Assembly: GCA_044376515.1 (NCBI GenBank)
Contig: JBILKV010000002.1
Coordinates: 1,209-65,208, forward strand
Length of the DNA stretch: 64,000 bases
From: Chthoniobacteraceae bacterium
GTDB lineage: Bacteria; Verrucomicrobiota; Verrucomicrobiia; Chthoniobacterales; Chthoniobacteraceae
Reading direction: 5' to 3'
Shown here piece after piece: positions 18,438-27,303 of this stretch. The position numbers were made by a program, and so were the translations under genes. Every line of letters starts with the position of its first letter. Positions within the stretch are counted from its first letter, which is position 1. The notes beneath the pieces were generated by a model. It searched no databases. It worked only from the letters and a program-made list of their open reading frames with translations, and had not been told where the DNA came from.

Positions 18438-18818
18438 CTAATAGGTGCAGTCCAATTCGATCCTCCGGGAACAGGAGCAGGTCACGATCACCTTCTCTAT
18501 CCGGCCATTGTTGGTGACCAGTTCGACAGTGGGTTCGGTCAGGTCATGCTCATGCCCAGCACCGCGCGCATGAGCTTCCAAGCCCGTCGCGGCCTCTTTC
18601 TGCCGACTGGCCCGGCTCACCTCCTCGGCGTCCAGCACGCTGCCCGCCTCCAGAAGAGCCGATTTCAAAGATTGAAAACCACCCGTTTGCGGCAGGGCGG
18701 ACATAAAACTTTCCGCGCCGTCCAGCGGATCACGGAAAGCCATGCCCTCCGAAGGATCCAGGGATTCCAGATGCTCTGAAGCGGGCATTTTGGGCCGGTT
18801 GGCGAGGTAGCTGTCCAT
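18438..18818 (-). CDS. hypothetical protein between the two motB paralogs
   Basis: 126-aa ORF with coding-like GC-rich third positions. It starts 5 nt after the upstream motB stop and ends 25 nt before the downstream motB start. Acidic N-half; Cys-containing tail VTCSCSRRIELDCTY. No motif I recognise. Confidence 0.6.
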   Translation of the reverse strand: MDSYLANRPKMPASEHLESLDPSEGMAFRDPLDGAESFMSALPQTGGFQSLKSALLEAGSVLDAEEVSRASRQKEAATGLEAHARGAGHEHDLTEPTVELVTNNGRIEKVIVTCSCSRRIELDCTY

Positions 18819-18823
18819 AGTGT

Positions 18824-19531
18824 CTATTTGAAAGGATCCACGTTCAGAGTGAACATCATCCGATCGTTCTCCTCGGACTCGGGCTCCGTATCCGGAAGCG
18901 GCTTGCTGTCACCGAAGCCCGTGATCCGATAGATCAGGGTGGGCGGGCAGGCGTAGTTCACAAGCGAGCGCCGGCAGGCATTGGCCCGGTCTACGCTCAA
19001 TTCCCACAGACCGTAGTCCTTCTTGAAATTGTTGCCCTCGGAAGTGGCCACGTGGCCGTCGATGAACACACTCAGGCGGTTTTTGTCGATGATCCACGAA
19101 AGGCTTTCCATCACAAACTCGCCCCACTTGGTCAGCGTGGCGGTTTTGGGCTGGAACAGGGGTTTCTTCGGGTTATCGAACAACAGAATTTTGAGCCCGT
19201 CGGATGTAACCTGAACCTCCATCGTGTTCTGGTCCGGGTCCTCCTTGTCCATCAGCTTTTGGAGCTCAGCAGCGATTTTCTCAATGGTCTTGTTGATCTC
19301 GTCCTGAGTCATCCGGACCTCGTCCACCGACTGGTCCCCCTCCTTGTCTTGGGATCCGCCGAAGAACCATTCCGCCAATGGCACTTTGAACTGGCTGGAA
19401 ATCATGGCCGCCAGCTTGGGCTTATCCTTGCAAATCCACAGCACGATGAACAAAGCCATCATCGCGGTCACGAAGTCGGCGTAGGCTACTTTCCAAGCCC
19501 CTCCGTGATGCTCGTCCTTTTTTTTACCCAT
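18824..19531 (-). CDS. motB: flagellar stator protein MotB paralog (proximal copy, plug-like helix present)
   Basis: 235 aa. GGAWKVAYADFVTAMMALFIVLWI is nearly identical to the other copy. It is followed by KPKLAAMISSQFKVPLAEWF (plug-like amphipathic segment) and an OmpA-like C-domain (FIDGHVATSEGN...WELSVDRANACRRSLV). Confidence 0.8.
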   Translation of the reverse strand: MGKKKDEHHGGAWKVAYADFVTAMMALFIVLWICKDKPKLAAMISSQFKVPLAEWFFGGSQDKEGDQSVDEVRMTQDEINKTIEKIAAELQKLMDKEDPDQNTMEVQVTSDGLKILLFDNPKKPLFQPKTATLTKWGEFVMESLSWIIDKNRLSVFIDGHVATSEGNNFKKDYGLWELSVDRANACRRSLVNYACPPTLIYRITGFGDSKPLPDTEPESEENDRMMFTLNVDPFK

Positions 19532-19577
19532 GGCTCCGCCTCAACTCTGCGAACAAACTGGGAGTGCCCCCACGGCC

Positions 19578-20435
19578 CTACTTGCCGGCACCCTTGAGGA
19601 TTTCCTCAAGCTTTTCCGCTGAAGGCGTGAGGTGGTGGTCCAGACAGCGGCGGGCCACTTCCACCGCCATCACCGGGTTCATCCCTTGGGCGAATCCACA
19701 CAACCCCTTCATCAGGCCGACGTAGTAACCGTATTCCAAAGTGTTCAGGTGCTTGACTTTGGCTGCCGTAGGATTGATGAACCCGTAGGCCCCCAGAATC
19801 CCCATCAGCGTCCCGGTCAATGCCGCAGCCACGCTTTTGCCCACCATCTGCGGACCGGAATCAACGATGGCCATCGTGTGAATGATCCCGAGCACCGCCG
19901 CGATAATCCCGATCCCCGGCAGAGAGTCTCCAATGAGCTGCATCAGGTGGATAGGCTCGGCCGCCTCCTCCTCGTGAGCATCCACAGTGACTTGCATCAG
20001 GGCTTCCAAATCCTCGGGTTTGATACGGCCGTCGATGAGCGGCTTGAGGCCGTTGATCAAAAAATCGAGCCGGTGATGGTTCTTCACCAAAGTTGGAAAC
20101 TTGGAAAAAATCGCACTCTTTTGCGGATCCATCACATGGTCTTCCAAGGCAATCAGGCCATTGCGGCGGGCGGTGTTGAACAGCTCGTAAAGCAGCTTGA
20201 GCAATTCTTCCGCATCCTTTTTCTGTACCGATCCCCCCTTGAGCACCGACATGATCGACCCGATCATCGCCTTGATCCCCGCCGGGGACGTTGCGATCAA
20301 CAGCAGTCCGCCGGTGATGCCTCCAAGAGTGACAATCTCAGAAGGAACAATCAAATGTTCCGCATGGCCCCCGGCCATAGTGAAACCAATGAGACAGCCA
20401 GCAATAACGACAATGTAGCCTACGATTAGGAGCAT
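19578..20435 (-). CDS. motA: flagellar stator protein MotA
   Basis: 285 aa, four TM segments. Blocks: IIAAVLGIIHTM, GPQMVGKSVAAALTGTLMGIL, MAVEVARR. Confidence 0.85.
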   Translation of the reverse strand: MLLIVGYIVVIAGCLIGFTMAGGHAEHLIVPSEIVTLGGITGGLLLIATSPAGIKAMIGSIMSVLKGGSVQKKDAEELLKLLYELFNTARRNGLIALEDHVMDPQKSAIFSKFPTLVKNHHRLDFLINGLKPLIDGRIKPEDLEALMQVTVDAHEEEAAEPIHLMQLIGDSLPGIGIIAAVLGIIHTMAIVDSGPQMVGKSVAAALTGTLMGILGAYGFINPTAAKVKHLNTLEYGYYVGLMKGLCGFAQGMNPVMAVEVARRCLDHHLTPSAEKLEEILKGAGK

Positions 20436-21211
20436 AAGTTGGAGTTGTTAATACGTCTTACGAAATTCCGAAGACTGATTACCGCCTGCGTGTGGATCTG
20501 CGATATCCGGCCTTCGGTCAACCGGAAAACAGCGGCAATCTCAGCGAGCCGCATGTTTTCAAAATAATACATGGACAGGACCTTGCGCGTAAGATCCGGC
20601 ATTTTCTTCATCTGACCGACGACCAGTTGCAGCATCTCGCGGCGGTCGAGCTGTTCCAAGGTCCCCTCGAGATTTTCATCAGGTATCCGGTCATGAAACC
20701 GACTTTCAGACCCGCCCTCCTCATTAGTCAACTCCTCATCCAAGGGGACGAAACTAATCGGTCGAATCTCATCTAGCAGCCCCCAGTACACCTCCAGCGT
20801 AACCCCCAGTTCCTCGGCAACCTCGGACTCGAGACTGGGTCGACCAAGCCGCTGCTCCACTCTCTCCATGGCTTCCCGCAGCCGCTTCGCCTTTTCGCGG
20901 ATGCTGCGGGGCGTCCAGTCCATCCTCCTTAACTCGTCCCGCACCGAGCCCCTGATGTGCAAGGCGGCGAAGCTGGCGAAGGGCGTGCCATGCGTCGGGT
21001 CGAACTTGCGGACCGCCGACATCAGGCCGGTGATCCCCACGCTGTAAAGGTCCTCCAAATCAAGCGAGGGCGGCAAAAATATCCGCATCCGGTCCACCAC
21101 GGACTTCACCAAGGGAATATTCGTCTCCATCAGTTGGGTGCGATCCTCCTCTGTCTGGTAGACACGCGCTACCGTCGAAGCATTTACAGGGGTGGATTCG
21201 TGGGACTGCAT
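20426..21211 (-). CDS. fliA: flagellar sigma factor FliA (sigma-28)
   Basis: 261 aa. Region 2 (LYSVGITGLMSAVRKFDP, FASFAALHIRGSVRDELR), region 3, and region 4 HTH (LAEIAAVFRLTEGRISQIHTQAV). Overlaps the motA start by 10 nt. Confidence 0.85.
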   Translation of the reverse strand: MQSHESTPVNASTVARVYQTEEDRTQLMETNIPLVKSVVDRMRIFLPPSLDLEDLYSVGITGLMSAVRKFDPTHGTPFASFAALHIRGSVRDELRRMDWTPRSIREKAKRLREAMERVEQRLGRPSLESEVAEELGVTLEVYWGLLDEIRPISFVPLDEELTNEEGGSESRFHDRIPDENLEGTLEQLDRREMLQLVVGQMKKMPDLTRKVLSMYYFENMRLAEIAAVFRLTEGRISQIHTQAVISLRNFVRRINNSNLCS

Positions 21212-21232
21212 GAAATCTCAATTCGCCCGACG

Positions 21233-21484
21233 TTACCTGCGATTCGACGTGTCGAACTCCTCCCCGTCCTGAGCGCTTCTGTTTCCCCGTGACCTGTCCG
21301 CAATGCACCCCTTGATCCCTGCGATGTAGGCCGAGTGCAACATCCGGAAGAGGAGTCCTCCGACGAAGCACGCAATCGCGGCGTCCCGCAGCGCCACCGC
21401 GGGCCGGTTTCCAGCGAAAAAGTAGCTGGAAACCAAGACCGCCGCGAAACCGGCAAAGCCTCCGAGTAAGAGAAAGTACTTCAT
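21233..21484 (-). CDS. small two-TM membrane protein, unknown function, in the slot where flhG usually lies
   Basis: 83 aa. Its ATG overlaps the flhF stop (ATGA). Two hydrophobic helices (FLLLGGFAGFAAVLVSSYFF; AIACFVGGLLFRMLHSAYIAG). Coding-like third-position bias. Confidence 0.55.
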   Translation of the reverse strand: MKYFLLLGGFAGFAAVLVSSYFFAGNRPAVALRDAAIACFVGGLLFRMLHSAYIAGIKGCIADRSRGNRSAQDGEEFDTSNRR

Positions 21485-22599
21485 GCGCTCGCAGCTTGGT
21501 TAGCAGTTTCCAAACCAACTCCGGAAAAGGTTCGCGAAAGTACCGCCTCAAACACGTTCTCCTCGCAGTCCCCGGCGATGTTTTGGCCCGTGCTTAGGAA
21601 CAACGGAGTCAAACCGGAGCGCAGCAGGAAGTCCCACATCTTACCCCAGTGCTGTAGTTCATCCAGATGGGTGAAAACGACATGGGTGCAGTCCAACTGG
21701 GCCCCCACCTCGAAGCACCTGCGGATCAATGACGGATCGTAAGCCGCATTGATCACAATGGCGCGGCTCGTGGTGAACAATGGGGCAAGCGCCGAGCGGA
21801 TCTCGTTCAATTCATCAGCCGCCCAGAGCGAAAATCCGGGTAGATCTATGTAAAGGGTCCGGCCATGCCCCGGACGGGGCGCCTCCATCGGCGTCCTGAT
21901 GTAACTCGCCCCGAGCGCCTCGCAGAACACCGAGAGCGCGTCCCCCGGATTTGCGCGGTCCAGATCCAGTTTGAGGGCCGCGGGCGCCTGACTCCGCAGG
22001 AAGACGTCCATTGCGAGCCGCTTGCACAGCGCCGTTGTCTTGCCAGAACCCGCCGGCCCCACGAAAGCCACCCGGTCGCCGAGCGGCCTGCGCGGGATTG
22101 TCCGGTACTCCGCCCGCAGCAACCCGCTGACCTCAGGCAGCGCCCGCCCAAACGGCATCGTTTCAATCGTGCTCCACGCAGGGTACATTTGAAGCCTGGC
22201 AAGCACCTGTTTCGAAATCCCGCCCGCCTCCAACAGCCTGACCAGCCGGCTCCCCGGTCCCGCCGACTCGGCATAGGCGGAGGCGGCGGCGACCGCAGCC
22301 ATGTGGCCGTCCTGCGGGGCGCTACGCGGCATTTCGGTGACCACTGTGCGCATCTGCTGGACCGGTTGGCCGGCGGCCTCGGGGCCATTCGCAATCGGGG
22401 TGGCCACCGGGACAGGGAGCGGTGCATCGCCTACCGCGGCAATCACCTCCAACTTCGGCGCCTGCAGAAAACGCGCGAGGCCGCGCCCCTCCACCTGGCG
22501 CACCGACACCACGCGGGCGCGCGCGCCGAAGCGCTGACGCAACACCGAAACGGCCTCCTCCGCGCTTCCCACCACGAATCTGTAACGCTGTTCAGACAT
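21481..22599 (-). CDS. flhF: flagellar biosynthesis GTPase FlhF (SRP-type)
   Basis: 372 aa. G1 VAFVGPAGSGKTT, LYIDLPG and FTHLDE blocks of the SRP-GTPase family. Position after flhA. Confidence 0.8.
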   Translation of the reverse strand: MSEQRYRFVVGSAEEAVSVLRQRFGARARVVSVRQVEGRGLARFLQAPKLEVIAAVGDAPLPVPVATPIANGPEAAGQPVQQMRTVVTEMPRSAPQDGHMAAVAAASAYAESAGPGSRLVRLLEAGGISKQVLARLQMYPAWSTIETMPFGRALPEVSGLLRAEYRTIPRRPLGDRVAFVGPAGSGKTTALCKRLAMDVFLRSQAPAALKLDLDRANPGDALSVFCEALGASYIRTPMEAPRPGHGRTLYIDLPGFSLWAADELNEIRSALAPLFTTSRAIVINAAYDPSLIRRCFEVGAQLDCTHVVFTHLDELQHWGKMWDFLLRSGLTPLFLSTGQNIAGDCEENVFEAVLSRTFSGVGLETANQAASA

Positions 22600-22669
22600 A
22601 CATTTGCATCACGCTGAAGCCACCAAAGTGCAAATCAAATTCATCCTGCTTGAGCCGGTCGCCCCAAGG

Positions 22670-24856
22670 CTAGGCGGCTTGCTGGCCGGATTGCTGGGCC
22701 GCAGGCGGGGGCAGCACTATGCCCACGTTTTGAATCTCAGTTTGCGCCGGCAACTCCTGGTACGACAACACCACGAGTTTGGAAAGCGACGGCTCGAAGA
22801 AGCGGCGGAAAGCCAGACGGAGTTCGGAAGTGGTGATCAACACGGGAATCTGTCCCCGCTCAGCCATCTCCGCCATTTTCCTGGAAAGTTCCTGCAAAAG
22901 GTGTTGGGCCAGCTGCGGATCAATCACCAAGCCGACATCAAACTGGGTACGGTGGACCTTGCTGGTCAGGGCCTGTTCCATGCGCGGCTCAATCGTCAGC
23001 GCCTTCAACACGCCGGGCTCCGCCTCAAACTCCGCCACGAAATACGTGCCCAAGCGCCGCCGTACATGTTCGGAAAGCTCGTCGGGATTCTTGGTGAGCG
23101 CCGCGACGTCCCCAAGGCTTTCCATGATCGAAGGCAGATTCTTCACAGAAATGCCCTCGCGCAGAAGGTTTTGAAGCACCCGTTGCACCACGCCGACCCC
23201 AAGCGGTTCCGGCACCACGTCGTTGACCAACACCGGCTGGGTTTCCTTGAGGGAATCCAACAGGGCCTGCACATCCTGCCGCCCCAAGATCAGGTAGGCG
23301 TTGCGTTTGAGCATCTCCGAAAGATGGGTGATCAACACCGAACTGGGGTCTACCACAGTGAACCCATGGATTTCTGCCGTGCGTCTCTCCTCGTCGTCCA
23401 CCCAGGTGGCCTTGATTCCAAACACGGGCTCCACCGTGGGCACCCCGCGCAGCACCACGGTACTGTTGGAAACATTCATCGCCAACCAGTGCTTGAGGAG
23501 CACCTTGCCCCGTGAAATTTCGCGTCCACGCAACAGGAACCGGTACTCCGAATTTTCCAAATCGAGGCTGTCCCGGATCGCAATCGGAGGAATGACCATC
23601 CCCATGTCGCGGGCAAAATTCCTGCGGACGCCGGTCACCCGGTCCAGCAGGTCGCCACCGGTCTTTTTGTCGGCCAATCCAACGAGTCCCAGACCGAGTT
23701 CGATGCAGATCACATCCACCTCCATCAACTTCCGGAACTCCTCTGAGACCGCCCGCGGCTTGGCATCCCCTCCTCCCGCAGGTTTTTCACCCGCGCCAGG
23801 GGCAGCCCCCGAGGCAGCCGGGGAAAGGCTCTTGGCGGTTCCGGCCATCGCGGCGGCCATCGCCTTTTCCTCCTCCTCCTCCACGGCGCGCTTCAGCTTC
23901 CATGTGAGGAGCGAGAGGAGGACGGAAATGACGAGGAAGGGCATCGTGGGCATTCCCGGGACCAGGGCGAAGACGCCCATCATTCCCGCGGCGATCCCCA
24001 TGGCGCGCGGGTAGAAGGTGAGCTGCTTGGAAAGGTAGGTGCCCAAGTCGGAATCCTCCGAGGCGCGCGTCACCAAAATACCGGCTGCCAGCGAAACCAC
24101 GAGGGCGGGCACCTGTGCGACCAGTCCGTCCCCGATTGAAAGCAGGGTGTACTGGCGCAGGGCCTGTTCGACCGGCATGTTTTTTTGCACAACGCCGATG
24201 ACGATGCCCCCTACGATGTTGATCAAGGTGATGAGGATGCCCGCGATGGCGTCCCCACGCACAAACTTGCTGGCCCCGTCCATCGCGCCGTAGAAATCGG
24301 CTTCCTTCTGGATCTTTGCGCGGCGCCGCGTGGCGGTCGCCTCTTCAATGAGGCCGGCGTTCAACTCCGCGTCGATCGCCATCTGCTTGCCGGGCATCGC
24401 GTCCAAGGTGAAACGCGCAGCCACCTCGGCGATGCGGCCAGCCCCCTTGGTGATGACCATGAAGTTGATGACCACCAGAATGAGAAAGACCACCGCCCCC
24501 ACCACGTAGTTCCCTTGCACCACGAAATCACCGAAGGACTGGATGATGTTGCCCGCATGACCGTCCACCAAAATGAGCCGGGTTGAGGCCACGTTGAGCG
24601 CCAACCGGTAAAGCGTCACCGAAAGCAGCAACGTCGGGAACCCGGAGAAATCCTCTGGCTCCTTCACGTAAACGATGATCAGCAGGATGAGCAGCGAAAT
24701 CGCAATGCTGGTCGCCAGCAAAAGATCCAAAACGCCCGGCCCCACCGGCACCACCAACAGCACCACGGTCCCGAACAGAGCCGCGACAAAGGCAAGGTCC
24801 CCTTTCTTGAGACTCTCAAAAATCTTGGTTGGCGATGGGAAAGCGAGGGCGCTCAT
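22670..24856 (-). CDS. flhA: flagellar export apparatus protein FlhA
   Basis: 728 aa. FPTLLL, VVGAVVFLILVVINFMVITKGAGRIAEVAARFTLDAMPGKQMAIDA, ADFYGAMDGASKFVRGDAIAGI. Confidence 0.95.
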   Translation of the reverse strand: MSALAFPSPTKIFESLKKGDLAFVAALFGTVVLLVVPVGPGVLDLLLATSIAISLLILLIIVYVKEPEDFSGFPTLLLSVTLYRLALNVASTRLILVDGHAGNIIQSFGDFVVQGNYVVGAVVFLILVVINFMVITKGAGRIAEVAARFTLDAMPGKQMAIDAELNAGLIEEATATRRRAKIQKEADFYGAMDGASKFVRGDAIAGILITLINIVGGIVIGVVQKNMPVEQALRQYTLLSIGDGLVAQVPALVVSLAAGILVTRASEDSDLGTYLSKQLTFYPRAMGIAAGMMGVFALVPGMPTMPFLVISVLLSLLTWKLKRAVEEEEEKAMAAAMAGTAKSLSPAASGAAPGAGEKPAGGGDAKPRAVSEEFRKLMEVDVICIELGLGLVGLADKKTGGDLLDRVTGVRRNFARDMGMVIPPIAIRDSLDLENSEYRFLLRGREISRGKVLLKHWLAMNVSNSTVVLRGVPTVEPVFGIKATWVDDEERRTAEIHGFTVVDPSSVLITHLSEMLKRNAYLILGRQDVQALLDSLKETQPVLVNDVVPEPLGVGVVQRVLQNLLREGISVKNLPSIMESLGDVAALTKNPDELSEHVRRRLGTYFVAEFEAEPGVLKALTIEPRMEQALTSKVHRTQFDVGLVIDPQLAQHLLQELSRKMAEMAERGQIPVLITTSELRLAFRRFFEPSLSKLVVLSYQELPAQTEIQNVGIVLPPPAAQQSGQQAA

Positions 24857-24888
24857 GAATCAATCCATATGGGAAGCAAGCCGCGTGC

Positions 24889-25983
24889 TCAGGACTCGGA
24901 TCTTCTGCGCTTCAACTCGCGGAAATAATCCTTGTGCGTCCGGTATACGAACGCAAGGATCTCCGCAACAGCACGATAAAGATTTACGGGAATGGGCTTC
25001 CCCACCCTTCCAAACTTGTACAAAATGCGGGCAACCGTGGGGTTCTCAACCACCGGCACCCCTTTTTCGGCGGCGATCGCCTTCAGGCGCCTCGCAAAGG
25101 CCTGCTCCCCCTTGGCCACGACGATCGGCGCCGCTTCCGTGCGGCGGTCATACCGTAGCGCCACCGCAAAGTGGGTAGGGTTGGTCACCAGCACGTCCGC
25201 CGTCTGCACGGACTGGAGCATCTGGCGCTGGAGGATCCGCCGGGCCATCGCACGCAGCGCGCTCTTGATCTTGGGGTCCCCTTCGGACTGCTTCGCCTCA
25301 TCGCGGACCTCCTGTTTGGTCATCATCAGGCTCTTCCGGATCCGATAGGCCTGGTAGGTGTAGTTGAGACCACCGATGATCCCCAGCGCCAGAATACAGC
25401 GCCAAAGTAATACCATTCCAGCTTCCACGATGAAGCCACCGATGCGCTCCACGGGGGCGGGAGTGAAAAAAATGGGATCCTTGAGCACGCTCACCAGCGC
25501 GCCGCGGATCACCCATGCCACGGCTACAAGCCGGAACGCGTCGGTGGCCACCTTGACCAGACCTTGCATCGAAAAAATCCTCTGAAACCCCTGTACGGGG
25601 TCCAGTTTGTCGGGATTCGGTTCCAGAACCTTCGGAGAAAGGGCGAATTTGGTCTGCACCCCCCCCACGAGAATCGCCGCCACGGTACACACCCCCGCCA
25701 GCGGGATGCTCAACCCAAACATGGTCTTGAAGGCCTCCAGGCCCCACGTCTTGGCCGCCTCCGGACGAATCTCCGTTCTGGAAAGGTGTCCGAAGATATC
25801 CACGGCGATGGAGGAGACCCGTGCGGCGATCTCACTGCCCAGTGTTGAAATCACCCAGAGCGCTCCTGCAAGGATCGCCACGGCCTGCAGGTCGGGCGCC
25901 CTGGCGAAGTTGCCCATGTCCTGCGCCTCCTGCAGGCGCTTGGGCGTCGGCTGCTCCGTTTTGTTCTGGTCATCTTCGGCCAT
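24889..25983 (-). CDS. flhB: flagellar export switch protein FlhB
   Basis: 364 aa. KTEQPTPKRL N-terminus, MTKQEVRDEAKQSEGDPKIK, NPTH autocleavage site (LVTNPTHFAVAL). Confidence 0.9.
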   Translation of the reverse strand: MAEDDQNKTEQPTPKRLQEAQDMGNFARAPDLQAVAILAGALWVISTLGSEIAARVSSIAVDIFGHLSRTEIRPEAAKTWGLEAFKTMFGLSIPLAGVCTVAAILVGGVQTKFALSPKVLEPNPDKLDPVQGFQRIFSMQGLVKVATDAFRLVAVAWVIRGALVSVLKDPIFFTPAPVERIGGFIVEAGMVLLWRCILALGIIGGLNYTYQAYRIRKSLMMTKQEVRDEAKQSEGDPKIKSALRAMARRILQRQMLQSVQTADVLVTNPTHFAVALRYDRRTEAAPIVVAKGEQAFARRLKAIAAEKGVPVVENPTVARILYKFGRVGKPIPVNLYRAVAEILAFVYRTHKDYFRELKRRRSES

Positions 25984-26014
25984 TTCGCGGGACGTTCAGG
26001 AATTGGTTCGCCGT

Positions 26015-26770
26015 CTAGGGAATGATCCGGAGCATCGACTCGGGCACCAAGCTGAAGGACTCGAGCAACAACTGCGCCGCTAGGGTCAGGGTGATGCCAA
26101 GCAGGGTCAGCCCCACCACGATCCGCACCGCGAAACTTTCGCCAAACACGTTCATGGAGGGAGCCACCTTGCCCAAAATCGAGAACGTGAACGAGATGAC
26201 AAAGTTGATCGCGATCAACGGAGCGGCAATCTGCATTCCTATGTGGAAAATTTTGCCCGTCGCGGTCACCAGCAGCTCTGGGGCACTCACGTTCCCCCGC
26301 AACATCGCCAGAGGCGCCACATCAAAGCTGCGCAGAAACGCCGCCAACACCGATTGGTGCGCCTCTGAAATAAAAAAGGTCATTGCGGCGAACGACGTCA
26401 GAAGCTGTCCGACGGGACTTTCAGGGGTGTCGCTCATCGGGTCGATCTGCTGACCCATCGACAGCCCCAGTTCACTGGAGATCACCTGCGCAGCGACCTC
26501 CACGGAGTTCATCGTGAGCCGTACCACCCACCCCATCAGCAGGCCGATCAGCGACTCCTGCGCCATCGCCACCACAATCTCCCCGATGCTCGCCGGCAGA
26601 TTGTCGGGTGCCTTGCGCATCCAGACCGCCAGCATCGCCACAAACAACGCCATCATCAACCGGATCATCGCCGGAACCGCTTTGGAGGAGAAAACCGGGG
26701 AAACCACCATCACCCCCGTCGCGCGCACGGAAGCCAGGAACCACATCATCAGGAATTCCCCGTTCAGCAT
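26015..26770 (-). CDS. fliR: flagellar export apparatus protein FliR
   Basis: 251 aa polytopic membrane protein between fliQ and flhB, with FliR-like helices (RATGVMVVSPVFSS...). Confidence 0.85.
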   Translation of the reverse strand: MLNGEFLMMWFLASVRATGVMVVSPVFSSKAVPAMIRLMMALFVAMLAVWMRKAPDNLPASIGEIVVAMAQESLIGLLMGWVVRLTMNSVEVAAQVISSELGLSMGQQIDPMSDTPESPVGQLLTSFAAMTFFISEAHQSVLAAFLRSFDVAPLAMLRGNVSAPELLVTATGKIFHIGMQIAAPLIAINFVISFTFSILGKVAPSMNVFGESFAVRIVVGLTLLGITLTLAAQLLLESFSLVPESMLRIIP

Positions 26771-27033
26771 AGAAAGGTTCGTCCTTAAAAAAGGCGCTCA
26801 CGCGGAGCCACCGGGCCACCGGGCGGCGGAGAAGTGGAAACGGTTCGGCCCGTTTCTTCTGCAAATATCCCCGACGTTGCCGCTCCGGGTCCTGTTTGTC
26901 GGCGGCACACTGGCATTCGGATTACATTCCGCATGACACCGATCCCCGTCGGACGAATCCTTTCACCCCTCCAAACCGACTGGAAACTGAGAGCGGGCCG
27001 TTTCATCGGTGCGCACGGATCAGGCACCCCGCC

Positions 27034-27303
27034 CTACTGCGTTGCCTCCGGAAGTCGGTTTAGAAAAACAATGGTGAAGTCCATCAGGGTCCGCAAAATC
27101 CACGGCGCCACCACGACCATTGTGATCCCGATCGCCGTCACCTTGGGAATGAACGCCAAGGAAGCCTCCTGAATGCTTGTCACCGCCTGCAAGAGGCTCA
27201 CCACCACCCCCACCGTCACCGCAATGATGAGGATCGGGCTGGACACCGTCAGCGAAGTCGTCACCAGCGAGCGCAGGATATCAACGGACTGTTCGATGTT
27301 CAT
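27034..27303 (-). CDS. fliQ: flagellar export apparatus protein FliQ
   Basis: 89 aa from ATG 27303, which overlaps the fliP stop (ATGA). PILIIAVTVGVVVSLLQAVTSIQEASLAFIPK is the FliQ signature. Confidence 0.85.
   Translation of the reverse strand: MNIEQSVDILRSLVTTSLTVSSPILIIAVTVGVVVSLLQAVTSIQEASLAFIPKVTAIGITMVVVAPWILRTLMDFTIVFLNRLPEATQ

Noticed and set aside
22602-22635. 7-bp inverted repeat ATTTGCA-N20-TGCAAAT spanning the flhA-flhF gap next to the flhF start
   Set aside because: The arms are short and AT-rich with a long spacer, so this could easily be chance. There is no supporting conservation data.
26785-27027. 80-aa same-strand ORF that exactly fills the fliQ-fliR gap
   Set aside because: It is Arg/Pro/Gly-rich, has no hydrophobic or recognisable motif, and its third-position GC bias is weaker than in flanking genes. 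It is kept only as a possibility inside the spacer finding.
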